Shown: positions 12,244-26,632 of the stretch, in pieces | Layout: the number at the start of each line of letters is the position of its first letter | Numbering within the stretch: position 1 is the first letter of the stretch | NCBI RefSeq assembly: GCF_006345805.1 | Contig: NC_043006.1 | Span: 8,990,001-9,054,000, forward strand | DNA from: Octopus sinensis | Taxonomy: Eukaryota | DNA: 64,000 nucleotides | Reading direction: 5' to 3' | The notes under the pieces: model-generated | Told to the model about the DNA's origin: nothing | Seen by the model: only the letters and a program-made list of their open reading frames with translations | Database searches by the model: none | Translations under genes and position numbers: made by a program

Positions 12244-12561
12244 ATACCAGTGATCGTAGGAGCACTAGGAATGATCAAGAAGGGAACCGAAAATTATATG
12301 AGAATAATCCCTGGCTTACCATCCCTGCAAGAAGTTCAAAAGATTGTCTTAACTGGTACATCACACGTATTGAGAAGAGCATTGTCGATGTCAGAACTGT
12401 TGCTGTTCATGTATTTTAATTTAACTTTAAAAAATAAAAAACATTAACGAACTATTGAGTTTGGTTTAATGACCTACCAATGTATACTATGAGTTTCTTT
12501 GCCCTAGGAGTCGGGAAGACACTCGGCGAGAAATGGAAGCAAATTTGAAAGAAGAAAAAAG
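12244..12561 (+). mobile_element. R4/Dong-like LINE extreme 3' end
   Basis: IPVIVGALGMIKKGTENYMRIIPGLPSLQEVQKIVLTGTSHVLRRALSM, then 3' UTR and a (TAA)/(TGA)n tail. Confidence 0.88.
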
Positions 12562-12575
12562 TAATAATAATAATA

Positions 12576-12628
<53 letters not shown>

Positions 12629-12635
12629 AAAAATA

Positions 12636-12841
12636 GTGTCTATGTAATCTCAAATTTTAAAACAAACATCTAATATTCTTATGGTTTCTTAAACATTCTC
12701 CAGAACAATGCTATGTGCAAAATCAAATATGTGGCACCCTAGGCATTACAGCAACAGGAACTAACTTGTTGTCTCTTGAAGTCTCTGGGTGAGACTTGGA
12801 ACCAACTTGTACAAATGTAAAGCAAATGTCAAGCATAAAAT
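12636..12841 (+). mobile_element. Probable 3' UTR of another R4/Dong-like family
   Basis: Begins TCTATGTAA (S-M-stop, like the L-S-I/M ORF ends of the neighbours) and ends in an A-rich stretch before a (TAA)/(TGA)n tail. The assignment relies partly on recalled similarity. Confidence 0.55.
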
Positions 12842-12869
12842 AATATTAATGATAACAACAACGGTGATA

Positions 12870-12908
<39 letters not shown>

Positions 12909-13035
12909 GTAGTGATGATGATGGTGGTGGTGGTGGTGGTGGTAGTGGTGGTGGTGGTGGTGGTTGTGGTGGTGGTGGTGGTGGTGATGATGTTGATGAT
13001 GATGATGATGATGATGATGATAATAATAATAATAA
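12842..13035. repeat. Compound (TGA)n/(TGG)n/(TAA)n microsatellite
   Basis: Direct reading. Confidence 0.95.
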
Positions 13036-13480
13036 CAAAAATAATTATATGTAAGTTTGAATGTTTAGGAAGTATGTTTCGCAAACATAATGTTTGGATT
13101 AATCGCTCTACGTATGCCATGGGAATTTAGTACTTAGAAATGTGTTTAATACTACAGGATGATTAAAATCAGCAAATCGAAGGCATATCTTTGTCATATA
13201 ATTGGACACATCTGTATCTGACGGGATTCTAAATTAAAGATACAATATTCAGCCGAATTGCGTGCTAGCTTTCCGTTATTGGAGTGAAGACAAAAATGTT
13301 AACTTGGCCGAACTGAGTAATTTCTGATTTCTCGTTATTTTCTCGCTACCTGTGTGAAACCATCAAATTACAAGTACTGGTATCATCATTTTGTACTGTT
13401 GCATCATCTTTAGGATATAAAAGGTGTGGTCAGCGTAATTGTTTTCAAGTTGAGAGAGTTGGAAACATAGGTAACAGCTT

Positions 13481-13899
13481 TACTCTCTTACTCTTTTACT
13501 TGTCTCAGTCATTTGACTGCGGCCATGCTGGAGCACCGCCTTTTAGTCGAGCAAATCGACCGCGGGACTTATTCTTTTGTAAGCCCAGTACTTATTCTAT
13601 CGTTCTCTTTTGCCGAACCGCTAAGTGACGGGGACGTAAACACACCAGCATCGGTTGTCAAGCAATGCTAGGGGGACAAACACACACACACAAACACACA
13701 CACATACACACATATACATATATATATAAATATATACGACAGGCTTCTTTCAGTTTCCGTCTACCAAATCTACTCACAAGGCATTGGTCGGCCCGGGGCT
13801 ATAGCAGAAGTCACTTGCCCAAGATGCCACGTAGTGGGACTGAACCCGAAACCATGTTGTTGGTTACCAAGCTACTTACCACACAGCCACTCCTGCGCC
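13481..13899 (-). mobile_element. tRNA-derived SINE, full-length
   Basis: Head with A-box-like TGGCTGTGTGG and B-box-like GGTTCAGTCCC, a CCTTGGGCAAGT-type CORE-like segment, internal (TA/TG)n linker and (AAGAGTA)n tail. Confidence 0.92.
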
Positions 13900-15489
13900 T
13901 ACTTTTTTTTTCTAGAAATGTTCCCTAAAATTTGATGCGATTGTAAGTTAAGTTGCTAGTAAAATATCTCTATAGTTTTGGAGGCTCAACAATCAATATT
14001 CTTTTCTCTGTTGGATTTCAAGTCAGTGTTTCTGATAGTAGTTTCTTCATTTGACAATTTTTAGTTTTCAAAAAATTGTCCATTCCGGGGTAAAATGAGT
14101 AAAGTTTAACTTCAATAATGTTTTCCTTTTAACTGAATGGTGTGTAAATATATCGACAGAGCTCCACTCCAGCAGATCGAGATGAAGCTACAGAAAACAT
14201 TTTACGTTTAATTTTTACATTTACCCGGGTTCTGTTAATCTCATATCATATGATATTTGACGAACATGCTTTGGTGTATTTCTGATCTTTCACGTGTCTC
14301 AGGATAGATATTGATATGTAAGGGTCTTTTTCTTTCCAAATGTAATTCTGGAGCTGCGAAGATGAACATTTACCTCATCTTGTCTTACTAATTATTTCCC
14401 AGCTAAACTTCACTTTAATGTGCCCAAAGAGAAGTGTGATATTTTTCTGAAATATTGTCCTCAGTATGATATATAGATCTAATCAACCAAGACAAGGTAA
14501 TTGGCTTAGTTGGATATACTTACAAAAAAATACAGTATATAAAAATACAGTTACATAAAAATACAGTAAATTTTCCCCTTTCCTACCCCACTCCATATTA
14601 AAGGTTACTTATGTTAACTGAGACTTTTCTACGACTCTTTAACCATTTCATAACTGATTGTGAGATTCTAATTGCCACTTAATGCAAATCAAAGGCCTGA
14701 AGAGATGCAAATTATGAGTGTAGGAATCGCAAGTATCGTAATATAAATACGTAATATATATATCATAGCTCCAGGAAGGTGATATATTGAGCCAAGCTGT
14801 GGCTAGTGTATAATCCTAACTTTACTTTTGCAATATATAGTGTAACAATCGTCATTCGTTTTATGTATTGAACGGTACGAGATTTAACAGTAAGATTTAA
14901 TGTAGCTTAGACATTGGAATATATGTAATACATCTCAATATGTAAGTAGCAATAAACATTGGATCTTATATATTCATGTGTCAGCATCTTAGTGAATGTG
15001 CGTGCGTATGTATGGATGTATGCAAATACGCTAAGCTGAAATGTTTAAATGATAATTTCAATGAAAATGTGTACAGAGAGAGATATATTCCTTTGGGGAC
15101 TATACAATCTATAAAAGAAGATGTGACTTTTAGGGAATGATGTATCAAACGTGACTAAAGTTACAAGAATCCGACGCCAAAATCGAAGAGTATTCAATGC
15201 AATGAATACTCTATCATTGGAACAAGATATCTGCCAATATCACTTTGTATGATGTATCCGTATCACTATTGATCGATTTAATCTGTTTGTGTCTCAAAGA
15301 TTGATTTGAACAGATATGATATTTTATATCTAATATCTTTAATGTATTTGCTAATTTACATTGATGAAATGCTATATATTACTGTACATAATTTAGGTAT
15401 CGTAACAACAAAACAATGAATATAAGTGGTTACACTAAAAATGAAAATCTTTTGGTTAATGATTAAATCTGTACTAGAAATGGAGGTGT

Positions 15490-15740
15490 GCTGTTCACTG
15501 TAGAAATGCACCACAACTACTTTGACAGAGACAGTGTACGAACGGTCCACTCACAAACCATTTCTGCCTTCGCCCAGATCAAGAAAGCCGCAGAATATTG
15601 TATTGGGGAGATGCTCCATTTAGATTTGAGACTAGCAACGTTTTTACTCTCCTAACGTATTCGTTTCTCACATCCTCTTTCATTTCTTTGCAAGTTTGAC
15701 TCCCTCTGACTCCATTACGTCTAAGAGTCATCTTCATTCA
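15490..15740 (-). mobile_element. Old R4/Dong-like RT-downstream fragment
   Basis: LDVMESEG...EMKEDVRNEYVRRVKTLLVSNLNG.../PIQYSAAFLIWAKAEM, resembling MKEKIKKEYYRRVRSILKTELNA...SYSYNILNW of the 18262-20615 element; lies close to a (TAG)n array. Confidence 0.6.
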
Positions 15741-15776
15741 TACTCGCAACGATTTCTTATTTGTTAATTTAATCTC

Positions 15777-15825
15777 TAGTAGTGGCAGCAGCAACAGTAG
15801 CAGTACCAGTAGTATCACCAGCAAC

Positions 15826-15888
<63 letters not shown>

Positions 15889-15931
15889 GGTGACAGCAGC
15901 AGCAGTGGTAGCAGCAGTAGTAATAGTAGCG

Positions 15932-15985
<54 letters not shown>
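15777..15985. repeat. Compound (TAG)n/(CAG)n microsatellite
   Basis: Direct reading. Confidence 0.95.
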
Positions 15986-16800
15986 AGTGCGGCTCATGTA
16001 ATAATTTCTTTGTTTTGAAGCGGTATGGGATACGATCGGTCAAAAAGAGTTTAAATGTATACTAATAATAGCGTCGAACAATAGCAACAGTGACCTTGAC
16101 CTTAAGAAAAATTAAGGAAGGGCCGACTTACTCTGTTCTGTATTATTTGTGAATTGAGAAGTTGTGTTCGACCAGAAAGAACCTATTATTATTATTATTA
16201 TCATTATTATTTTTCCCCACGTGCATTTCCGTTATTGCAATAAAAAGTAAGTTTGGGATCTTTTCAATTCTGAAGCCAGTTTTTTCAAATTTTTCCTACT
16301 GAACCAAACAATTTGAAACTTCGTATACTGGTAGAATGTGTCAAAAGTAAACTTAATTGTAAACCAGAATGAAAACGGAATTGTAACTTCTAAGTTTAAC
16401 GTTGTTTAATAATTAGAATTTTAACCAATGATATTCCGTCATTCGGCTTTATTTTATTTACTCCGTCTCGACCACCAATTTGGTGACGTATTAAACATAT
16501 TAAATGTAAACAAGCCGCATGTCTCCGTGAAATCTCCTTCTAATTATTTAACGTACTCATGTTTCCAGGATCCTATAGTCAGCCACCTTCTAATAACAAT
16601 ATTTAAAACTAGTTAATAAGCCACATGTATTAAATTGAAAATGTTTCCATTCTGTTATTACTTGCTTTCGTTTGCTATTAAGAAGTGGCATCTCAGTGAC
16701 GAGGCTTCTAACAAGATTTCGTTTCTAAGCTAATGCGTTTCATTTCACTTATTGTATTTATTTGTGCAAAAGGCAAGAAATTTAATATTAAAAAAGCAAA

Positions 16801-16870
16801 GAGCTGGCAGAAACGTTAGCACACCGGGCGAAATGCGTAGCCGTATTTCGTCTGCCGTTACGTTCTGTGT
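16801..16870 (+). mobile_element. Truncated head of a second tRNA-related SINE family
   Basis: GAGCTGGCAGAAACGTTAGCACACCGGGCGAAATGCGTAGCCGTATTTCGTCTGCC: A-box-like start and CGAAAT/ATTTCG hairpin. The family identity is from recall of octopus repeats. Confidence 0.45.
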
Positions 16871-17678
16871 TTGTTTACAGTTTTCCGAACGTTAGTACGT
16901 CACAAAAGCGCTTTCTACGTCACACTAATAGAATGCAGTCAAGTTTTACACATGAAAACAAACAATCTGATTGGTTAAATTCGCAGTTTTAATCTACGAT
17001 TAAAGTCATAAAATAGATTTTTCTCAAATAAACTAGTTCCAACCTGTGTCTTGTTTTGCTAGACTCTATCAGCATACGAAGTTTCAGAATATTTAGTTAA
17101 GTAGAAAGATCTGTGGTCCTGGCTTCAGAATTGAAAAGATCCTAAGTTTGCATATTTCGGGTAGCTAAGGATAAATATAAGTATAATATTGTAGAAATTG
17201 AAGTTGACTTTTCTAGAGATGTTCGTTTGTATGTCCAGTAAGAGAAAACAGTTGTGTTTTTGCAATAAAAAGGAAATAAAAAGGATGCTTACATCTTTGA
17301 ATACTCAGGGAGAGAGGAAGAAAAGACAAGAAAAGTCAAAGTTTCACAGAAAGTTTCGATATTCACCAAAGATGGCATTTTGTATGTCATACACACAAAG
17401 AAAACTAATGTTTTTAAAATAGGGAGAGAGGAAATGTCGACTATTCACAGCAGTTGTGGATATTAAAGATTTTAAAGCGGATCGTTTGTGTATTTGGAAC
17501 CTGTAGATATATAAATTTGTAAAATTGTAACTTTCTTAACTTATTTTGAAGGGAATTTTAAATACTTATAGGGTATTGCAGATATTCCAGTCTTCGAAAA
17601 ATATTTTTTCTCTCGTTGTCCTGCTGGGTCATATTAGGGTTTCTATGGCTGTCGGCTAATGAATGTATCATTATTATT

Positions 17679-18222
17679 GAGTGAGAGAACAGTGTATGCC
17701 ATCGAAGTGACACTGGGGTAAAATAAATGAGGCCCAGTATACCTATCATGACTACCCGTCTGATAAGGGTACACCAGGCACATGCATCACAACCATATGT
17801 GCGTGACATGGTGATCTCATAGCAAGATAAACAGCACATGACCTTGCAGGTGGGGCCCAGTTAGAATTTTCTACTGGTCGAGTAACCCATCCCACACAAA
17901 AGGTCCCTGAATAAGGGTTGTTTAAGGATGTTGAACGAAACACACATGTTTCCAGAGGTGAATTATCCAAATGCCAAAGAATTCCTCTCAACACATAGCT
18001 ATGATACTCCCCCACTACTTCTGCTCATGATCAGAGATGAACGTATCGTCAGGCACGAAGGGACACGCTCAACTGGTTAAGGTCAAACAACTGACAAGCA
18101 AATCTGTGGTATTGAGCAGATTATTGGCTGTAGCCCATCTTTTATACCAAGACAAAACAATGTACATGATAACACTTCCAATCAGTTAAGATCATGAGCC
18201 ACGAGAGTCACTGCCTGGTTAC
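17679..18222 (-). mobile_element. ~540-bp non-coding interspersed element embedded in (TAA)n, copy 2
   Basis: Reverse complement of 11687-12230 over the full length. Confidence 0.88.
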
Positions 18223-18261
18223 TATTATTATTATTATATTATTATTATTATTATTATTATT

Positions 18262-20615
18262 CAGTAGTTTTATTTTTATAGCGTGCTTTCACTTCACTAC
18301 CGAGCGCAGCTCTGTGTGCCTTGGGTATGTGCTGTGATTTGTTGTGATTCTCTGATGGTTATCGTATGGAAAGTGTACTGCGTAGGATGTGTGCAGTGCC
18401 TAGTAGTGCAATTTTCTATATGTTATATGTGTTTGTAAGTCCTGGTGTTTTTGTTATGTATTTGTCTGAATACTTTTTTTATCATGCCTAATGCACCTAC
18501 TATGATAGGGATTATGTCTGTTTTCAGATTCCACATTCTGGTTATCTCTATTTCCAGGTCTTTGTATTTTTGAGAGTTTCTCCATTTCTTTTAGAGACAC
18601 GTTGTCATCTGCCGGTATTGATACATCAATTAGAAAGCATTTTTTTGTTCATGATCTCTGACAACTATATCTGGCCCGTTGGCCTTAATTTCCCTATCTG
18701 TGTGTATCGGCATATCCCAGAGTATGGTTGCTTTCTCGTTTTCTGTGACCTTTTCTGGTGTATGCCTATACCATCTTTTTTCTGTTGTTATTCCATAATG
18801 TTGGCATAGCTTCCAATGTATGTAGGTTCCAACTCTGTCATGTCTGTGAATATATTCCTGCTTAGCCAGGACTGGGCAGCTAGAGATTATATGATTTATT
18901 GTTTCTTGTCCATCTCCACATATTCTGCAGTTACTTGTTATATTTCTTTTCCTTACATGTTTTTGGTAATTTCTGGTGGGGAGGCTTTGGTCTTGTGCTG
19001 CAATTAAAAATCCCTTTGTCTCTGCTTTGAGTCCTGAGCTTCTCAACCATTGCTGGGATTTTTCTATGTCTATTTCTTTTGCGTTTAGTTTAGTCCAGTA
19101 TTTACCATGAAGGGGCTTTTCTTGCCATCGTTTTATCATGGTTCGTTGCTGTTCTATTTTTAGTTTGGATTCCATTTGTTTTATAGCTTTTGTTGTTTCT
19201 TCATCTTCTTCTTCTTCATTTCTTCTTCTTCTTCTTCTTCTTCTTCTTCTTCTTCATATTTATTAGGTGGTATGATTTCTTGTTTGTATTTGTCAGCTTC
19301 CTTAAATACTGAGAACAGTTTTTTGTTTTGCTCGTGTTTTGCCGCTATTTGTATCAGTTTTCCTTCCTTCTGAAGTAAATATTTTTGCAGTCCTATGGTA
19401 GTTAATTTATAGTAGTTTTCCAGTTGTATAAGGTCTCTACCACCTTCTATAGGTTGTATATATAGTCTTTCTATGTCAGATTTTGGGTGATGCATCCTAG
19501 ATCCTGTCATTATTTTTCTTGTTTTCCTATCTATTTTGGTCAGTTCATTTCGTGTCCAGTTAAGGATATTGTAGCTGTAACTTATAACTGGGACAGCTAA
19601 AGTGTTAATACATATTATCTTGTTTTTAGCATTGAGCTCTGTTTTTAGTATTGATCTAACTCGTCTATAATATTCTTTTTTTATTTTCTCTTTCATTTGT
19701 GTGTTGTGTCTTATCTAGTTCATGGATTCCTAAGTATTTGTAAGTTTGGCTTTGGTCTAATTCTTTTATTTCATTGGTTTTATCTAGTGTGATGTTGTTA
19801 CTCTAAACTAGTTTTCCTCTTTTCATGGTTACTTTGGCGCATTTTTCTAATCCAAATTTCATATCTATTTCTTTGGTATATCCATGAACTGTCTTTAATA
19901 GTGTTTCCAGCTGTTTGTCATTTGCAGCTTATAGTTTTAGGTCATCCATATATAAAAGATGGCTGATCGTTTTGCCGTAACATTTATATCCGCATCCAGT
20001 TCTATTTAGTATATCAAATAGAGGTGACAGTGCCAAGCAGAAAAGGAGTGGAGAGAGCGTGTCTCCCTGGAATATTCCTCTTCTAATGGGGATGTCTTTG
20101 GTTTTCATGAGTCCCTCTTTTGTTTGGAGGTGTAAGTCTGTTTGCCATTTACTCATAGAGTGCTCTATGAATTTTATGATTGTTGGTGCTACTTTGTTAA
20201 TGGCTAGTGTTTCGAGGATCCATGTGTGGGGGGTGCTATCAAACGCCTTTTTGTAGTCAATCCAGGCCATACTGAGGCCTTTCTTCTTTCTGTGGCTGTC
20301 TTCATTAGTTGATCTTTACAGCCATATGAGCCTTTGCGGCATCCTTTCTGCTCTTCTGGGAACAGTTTCTTTTCGTCCAGGTGCTTGTTCAACCTTTGCG
20401 ATATCACTACAGTAAATGCCTTGGACATTGTAGGGAGGCAGGTCATTGGTGTGTAGTTTTCTGGTTTTGCTATCTCATTTGATTTGGGAATTAAGATGGT
20501 TTTCCCCTTCGTGAGCCATTCATGCATTGTCTCTGGCTCTGCGAGTATGTTGTTAAAGTTTTCAGCCAGCTTTTTGTGCATTCCTGTTAGATATTTCAAC
20601 CAGAAGTTGGGGATC
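18262..20615 (-). mobile_element. 5'-truncated R4/Dong-clade non-LTR retrotransposon (RT, CCHC knuckle, RLE endonuclease), inactivated
   Basis: RT motifs ENYTPMTCL, EEQKGCRKG, AWIDYKKAFDS, RGIFQGDTLSPLLF, HLLYMDDLKL; CRICGDGQETINHIISSC; RHDRV; PDIVV; IIVGALG. In-frame stops and frameshifts; (TTA)n on both sides. Confidence 0.95.
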
Positions 20616-20639
20616 TTATTATTATTATTATTATTATTA

Positions 20640-20672
<33 letters not shown>

Positions 20673-20710
20673 CATTATTATTATTATTATTACTATTATC
20701 ATTATTATTT
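20616..20710. repeat. (TTA)n microsatellite
   Basis: Direct reading; 5' flank of the Dong-like element. Confidence 0.95.
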
Positions 20711-21124
20711 CAAACACGTACACAAGCATATAGACATGCGCGCGTTCATGAATCAGTCATAATTCCGTTGACATCCACGCCTTTCAGATTCTGAATCCAT
20801 GTGGGGTATTTTTTTAATTCTGGGAGTTTTATTTTTATTTATATATGTCTATATGTCTCTAACTGTAATTGGTGATAGCTCCTCTAGCATATAACCCACT
20901 GCCGAATGCAAATAATTACATGCAATTAGTTGGTAATGTTCTTTAATCGTAATAAATTCAAATTACTTCGGTGTTCGAAGCATTTGAACGGATCAATTCA
21001 ACTTACAGGTCAAATGTTATCAGTTGAAATTCCATTTATAACTTCATATATTTTAATTCTTGTAATATATCTTTAATTAACAGCGCTTACATCTAAACAA
21101 GACAATTCAAACAATTACAAAATC

Positions 21125-21144
21125 ATTATTATTATTATTATTAA

Positions 21145-21214
<70 letters not shown>

Positions 21215-21248
21215 ATTATTATTATTATTATCATTATTATTATTATTC
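21125..21248. repeat. (TTA)n microsatellite
   Basis: Direct reading. Confidence 0.95.
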
Positions 21249-21482
21249 ATTTTTGTCTGACCAGTGCTTTCGCGACTTAAAAAAAACTATTCAATTACTA
21301 CTAATTTGTTTTATTGCAATTACAGGCTAAAATTTGACTCGCATCATTATTTTCAATTTCCTAAACTTCTTTCCAATACCAAAATAAATCTTCGATCTAT
21401 TAAATCTCTAATTATTAGAATTCGTCCTCATTACTATCATTAGCGAACATATTCAATATAAATCAATTATATATATATACAT

Positions 21483-21599
<117 letters not shown>

Positions 21600-21910
21600 G
21601 CTTCTGTGTATGTGTTTGATACATAAACATACGCACACGCATATACACACATACACGCATATATATGTACTTGTGCTACACGTCTGTGATTTGAAAAGAA
21701 CTATGAATTATAAATTATTTTAATACATTGATAAACATTTCGCAGCAGCTATTACGCTCGGAGGTTATATCAAACGAAATTCAATCCGCGGACTCATTAA
21801 TTATTGACCTCAAAATCAAAAGTATATTATAATTATATACTTGCACATATTATACACATCTCTCTCCCTCTCTCTCTCTCTGTCTCTATCTATCTATCTA
21901 TCTATCGTCG

Positions 21911-21983
<73 letters not shown>

Positions 21984-23198
21984 CACTTGATGGATAGGTC
22001 TCATGTCTAGTAATGGAAATTTTCAGAGTGTTGTATCCTACATATAATCGTTTCGTTTAGGTATGGATTACTTTAAAATTATATTGCATATCCTTATTCC
22101 ATAAAATTCCAAACGAGGTTCCATTGAGCTGTGTCAGATGTTATATGACAGATATTCTTTCAACGAAATCTCATTTAGGCTAACGAAGAGAAACAACATG
22201 TTAACTTTGCGCCAGGAAAATATGTTGCATCATTAATTGTTGCTAAATCGGATTTCCTCTTCATAACTGAATGTTAGCATTGAGCGAAGATAACAGAATA
22301 GACAGTTTCTCACTCTGTGTCTGATTCTCTCTAAGGATGAGATATTTTACCACAGCTATTAGAACGGTGTTATCGAATATGCATTGAAAATTATCACCAG
22401 AAAACTAAGAATATTCCCAAAATAGTTCACTTGTACTTGTCTACTTTGTTCTAGAGGAAGGCTATATCAATTTAGTGAGCAATATACTGAAAGTCTTTTG
22501 AACTTCAGTATATTAACTGCTACCATATCAATCATATCAAATATTTTATTATTTCATTTAATTATTCTTCTTCCATAATAAAAGGCATTTTCTAATTCAT
22601 CATCGACAGAAAATCTAGCAATGCATCTATATACAAACATTCACATAGATTGATATACATATGTGGGTGTGTGTGTGTATGTGTGTGTTTTTGTGTGTAT
22701 GTGTGTGTGTGTGTATTTTTGTGTGTGTGTGAGTGTGTGTGCAGAATTGTTTGTAATTTTTTTTTTTGCTTACTTTTGCATGAAGTTAGTTATGTGTGTA
22801 TGCGAATACTAATTAATATTTTCAAACAATAGAATATAAAAGTCAGCAGAATGAAATATTAGATAAAAATTTTTATCATTCTATTTAGAGTTGTCCATAT
22901 ATTAAATATACAATCCGGAAATAAAGCTTTCCATCATTATGACGGTTAATACAATAATAAATGGGGAACAATTGAATAATATATTTTGTTATAAACAATG
23001 CTTGGAGGATATTATATATTATCTTTAAAAGAATGAAAGTATACACTAACATTTCTGAAGCATAAATTTATATCCTAAATAATTAGAATTGTATGAATTA
23101 TTTCATGAGATCATATCCACTATTATGGTTTTATATATGTGATAGGAACAAAATAAAATTAATTTATCATCACTCACAATAGCAACAACAATTTTACA

Positions 23199-23260
<62 letters not shown>

Positions 23261-23295
23261 GTTTGTGTATGTATGTAATATGTATGTATATATGC

Positions 23296-23353
<58 letters not shown>

Positions 23354-25557
23354 TATATATATGTATATATATGTAGGTATGTATTTATGCCTCTATTTTG
23401 CTATGCACATACAGTTATAAATAAGAATAAATTCGTACTCTGTATGTAAATGTATGCATGTTCATATGAATGTATGTCTGTTTAGCATTATTGTTACTAT
23501 AAACTCATTAATTATAATGTCATATTACATGATATAAAAACTAGCAATAGGCCAAAATAAGCAAGGTATTACAATAGTTCAAAATGGCGTATTCGGCCGT
23601 CCGTTTCTGTTGTAATTAGGTAACAAAATTATGTTGATTTCTGTTGTTACTGCTTTAGTAAGTTGTACTGTTGTGTCTGTAACGTTCCCTATGAAGATAG
23701 GTCCTATCACATATCGTCATATACTTTAGGAAATTATTAGAGTTATGCGTACGGGATGTCGAGAAAACATAACTATATGAAATGTTTAGTCCAGTAAAAG
23801 AAACGTGATCATCGGAATTACTAATTAGTAATTTATGATACCAATCGTATAATGTTCAGAAAAATACGTTTTACAGTGAATCACAATAGAACGGTTATTG
23901 AAAACCTCATATACGGTGTACCTGACTTAACTACAGAGTCCAATTTTATATTAACTGAAAATTTATTGCTTTACAAAAATTAAAATGCTCTGATAATCAC
24001 ATTACTAAGCAAGGTTACTTACGGGATTATTTGCTGGCTATAAAAACCAATAACGAAGACCATAAATCTTATGAACTTCAGTAAATTGCATATATGCATC
24101 CACACACAGACAAGCACACACTCACATACGATATTTTTATGTAATTATGGTAAATATAACTTTTAGTTTTATTTTCATGTTTTATAGAAATCTATATTTT
24201 ATTTTAGCTGATATGAAAGTTCTCGGTAAGTGTAATCTATCCATGTTATTTATATGCAAAATTTACTGTAGAGAAAAAAGTACTAAGTTAAAAACCGGCG
24301 AAATTCGACTCACATACTAGCTTTGCCCTGATAAAGGCAGGTGGGACTTTCTGCCTTACAGTGGGTGCATTGGGCATTTTTGCATTAAAAGAAATTATAT
24401 TAGTCATGGTTTTACTATACATATTTTCAGATTCTCTATTTACTATATAGTTGATATATTCTCATACCTCTTCTTCTTGCTAGCTCTCTTTAATATACAT
24501 ATATGGAGTTGATTTATTGATTCTATAAAAAAATTAGTATTACATTCATATTCACTATTATTATTATTTTTTAGAATGAACTTTCGCTCTTTCTTTTATT
24601 TCGCGTTCGTATTATGCACTTTGTTTCAATATAAAATTTTATATACACCGAAGATATAGGATCTAATATTTTTTTTTAGAATTAGAATTACATTTTTCAT
24701 GATGCTAAAAGTAACTACTAATTTTAAAGGAAATAAATATACAGGTACGTTTTATTTCACTCAAATATTTTAAGCAAAGGAGTATTTCTCACTTTAATTC
24801 TATTACCTAGAAAAATGTGGATTATAATGAAAAATGCGGGCGTATGCATGTTAATATTCTTACGTCATTACATAAAAAAAAACAACGGAACAAGATTTCT
24901 GCATTATAATTAGCCTAATTCGTCACCTCGAAAAGAAACTAAAAAATACTTCAAATTAAAATTCTACTCTACTTAAAACTCAAAATAAGATATATTAGGT
25001 AAATTGGAGATAATTCATTTTATTATGAGAATATAGAAAAACAAGTAAATGTTTAAAACCATGGCACAAAATAATCAGAAATAAATTGAAGCATTTTTTT
25101 AAAAATCGTGTCTTTTGAATTATACTATTGAAATAACCATTGTATTTACTTGAATCAAGTAAAAACAATAAAATATGAAGTTGTAAATATTGCCCAAGAT
25201 TTCTCTTTTCTCTTGAATTGAAATCCCATTACAAAAAAAAAGAAAACATTCCAGTAGAATAGTTTCAAATCAATCAACCATATGCTCAGTCAATTCTTCC
25301 ACACGAAAAAGAAATCTGGCAAATAAATGATAAATAAAATTTATTAGTCAGCGTTAATATATTAGAATTATCCTAATTCATCTTTGACTGATTCGTTATT
25401 TCACCCAATTTGTCAGTTTCAATTTTCTCCTAGGAATGACTAATAAGGCGAATTCTAATGTATTTTTTCTTAAATTAATTTAATCTTATTTCACTGTTAC
25501 AATACGGTATTTCTTCCAACTGTTAAACATTGAGCAGTATATCTGACAAACTAGAAG

Positions 25558-26059
25558 TGGGGTACTACTCCTTGGAAATCCGCCGGCCTAATGGTTTTCC
25601 TTCAATGCAGAACTAATAATCAAGACTATTTAATCATTTTATCTGAGCAAATTTATCCAATAGTTGCGGAACTATTTCCAGAGGGTACGCAATCTTTCAG
25701 GATGATAATGCACCAATTCACTGATTTAACGTTGTTACTGTATAGCATGAGGAACATTCTAGTGAAGTTCAACATCTTATCTGGCCACCATAGCCTACAG
25801 ATCTCAATATTATTGAACATTTATCGTGCATGTTAGAAAAACATGTAAGGAGTGAATAACTTCCACCATCACTAATACAAGAATGGAGAGTGTTTTAGCT
25901 GAGGAATGGAGAAAATTCATTTGGAAACAATTCAAAATGTGTACGAGTCCATACCTCATAGAATTTAAGCTGTAATTACTATCAAAGTTGGTCCTACTCC
26001 ACATTAAAATAGATTTGTTTGAAATTTTAACGTCTTTTCATTATGTTGTCCAAACCCTG
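25558..26059 (+). mobile_element. Tc1/mariner transposase C-terminal fragment with right end, pseudogenised
   Basis: WG...YLIILSEQIYP...FPEG/AIFQDDNAPIH...WPP*PTDLNIIEHL...EEWRKI...YESIPHRI*AVI, i.e. the FQxDNAPxH and WPxxSPDLNxIE motifs of Tc1 DDE domains; terminus TTGTCCAAACCCTG. Confidence 0.88.
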
Positions 26060-26118
26060 CATATACATACATACATACATACATACACACAGACACACAC
26101 AGACACACACATGTATAT

Positions 26119-26149
<31 letters not shown>

Positions 26150-26187
26150 CATATCCCTTTATATATATGTATGTATATATGTATATA

Positions 26188-26274
<87 letters not shown>

Positions 26275-26278
<4 letters not shown>

Positions 26279-26632
26279 AAAGGTCAATGCTTGGTATCTC
26301 GTTGAGAAAGCACATCAGTAGCGAGATTATCAGAAAGAAGTCCGGCGTGAGAGATGTCATTGCAGAGTATACACGCAGCAAGTATAGAAGGGCTGAACAC
26401 GTCGACCGGCTCACCGATAATCCGTGGACGCACGCAGCTGTCTAGTGGTACCCGCGCGAGCGGCAAAGACCGCCCGGAAGACCTCCACGACGGTGGAGAT
26501 ACGATTTCAGGAGAACGATTGGGATCACATGGATGAGAAAGGCGCGATCCAGAGAGGAGTGGAAAGCGTCCTGTGACCAGCGGTGTCAAATGGACGCCTG
26601 ACGGACTGGTCGGTCAAGGTGATCAAGGTGAT
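26275..26632 (+). mobile_element. RTE-clade LINE 3' end
   Basis: [28 protein letters not shown]...[12 protein letters not shown]...*WYPRERQRPPGRPPRRW, the RTE C-terminal pattern; short tandem tail (TCAAGGTGA)2. Confidence 0.88.

Noticed and set aside
23578-23705. Minus-strand frame GPIFIGNVTDTTVQL...NRNGRP with a faint fibronectin-III flavour
   Set aside because: Short, runs into a stop, and no supporting neighbouring exons.
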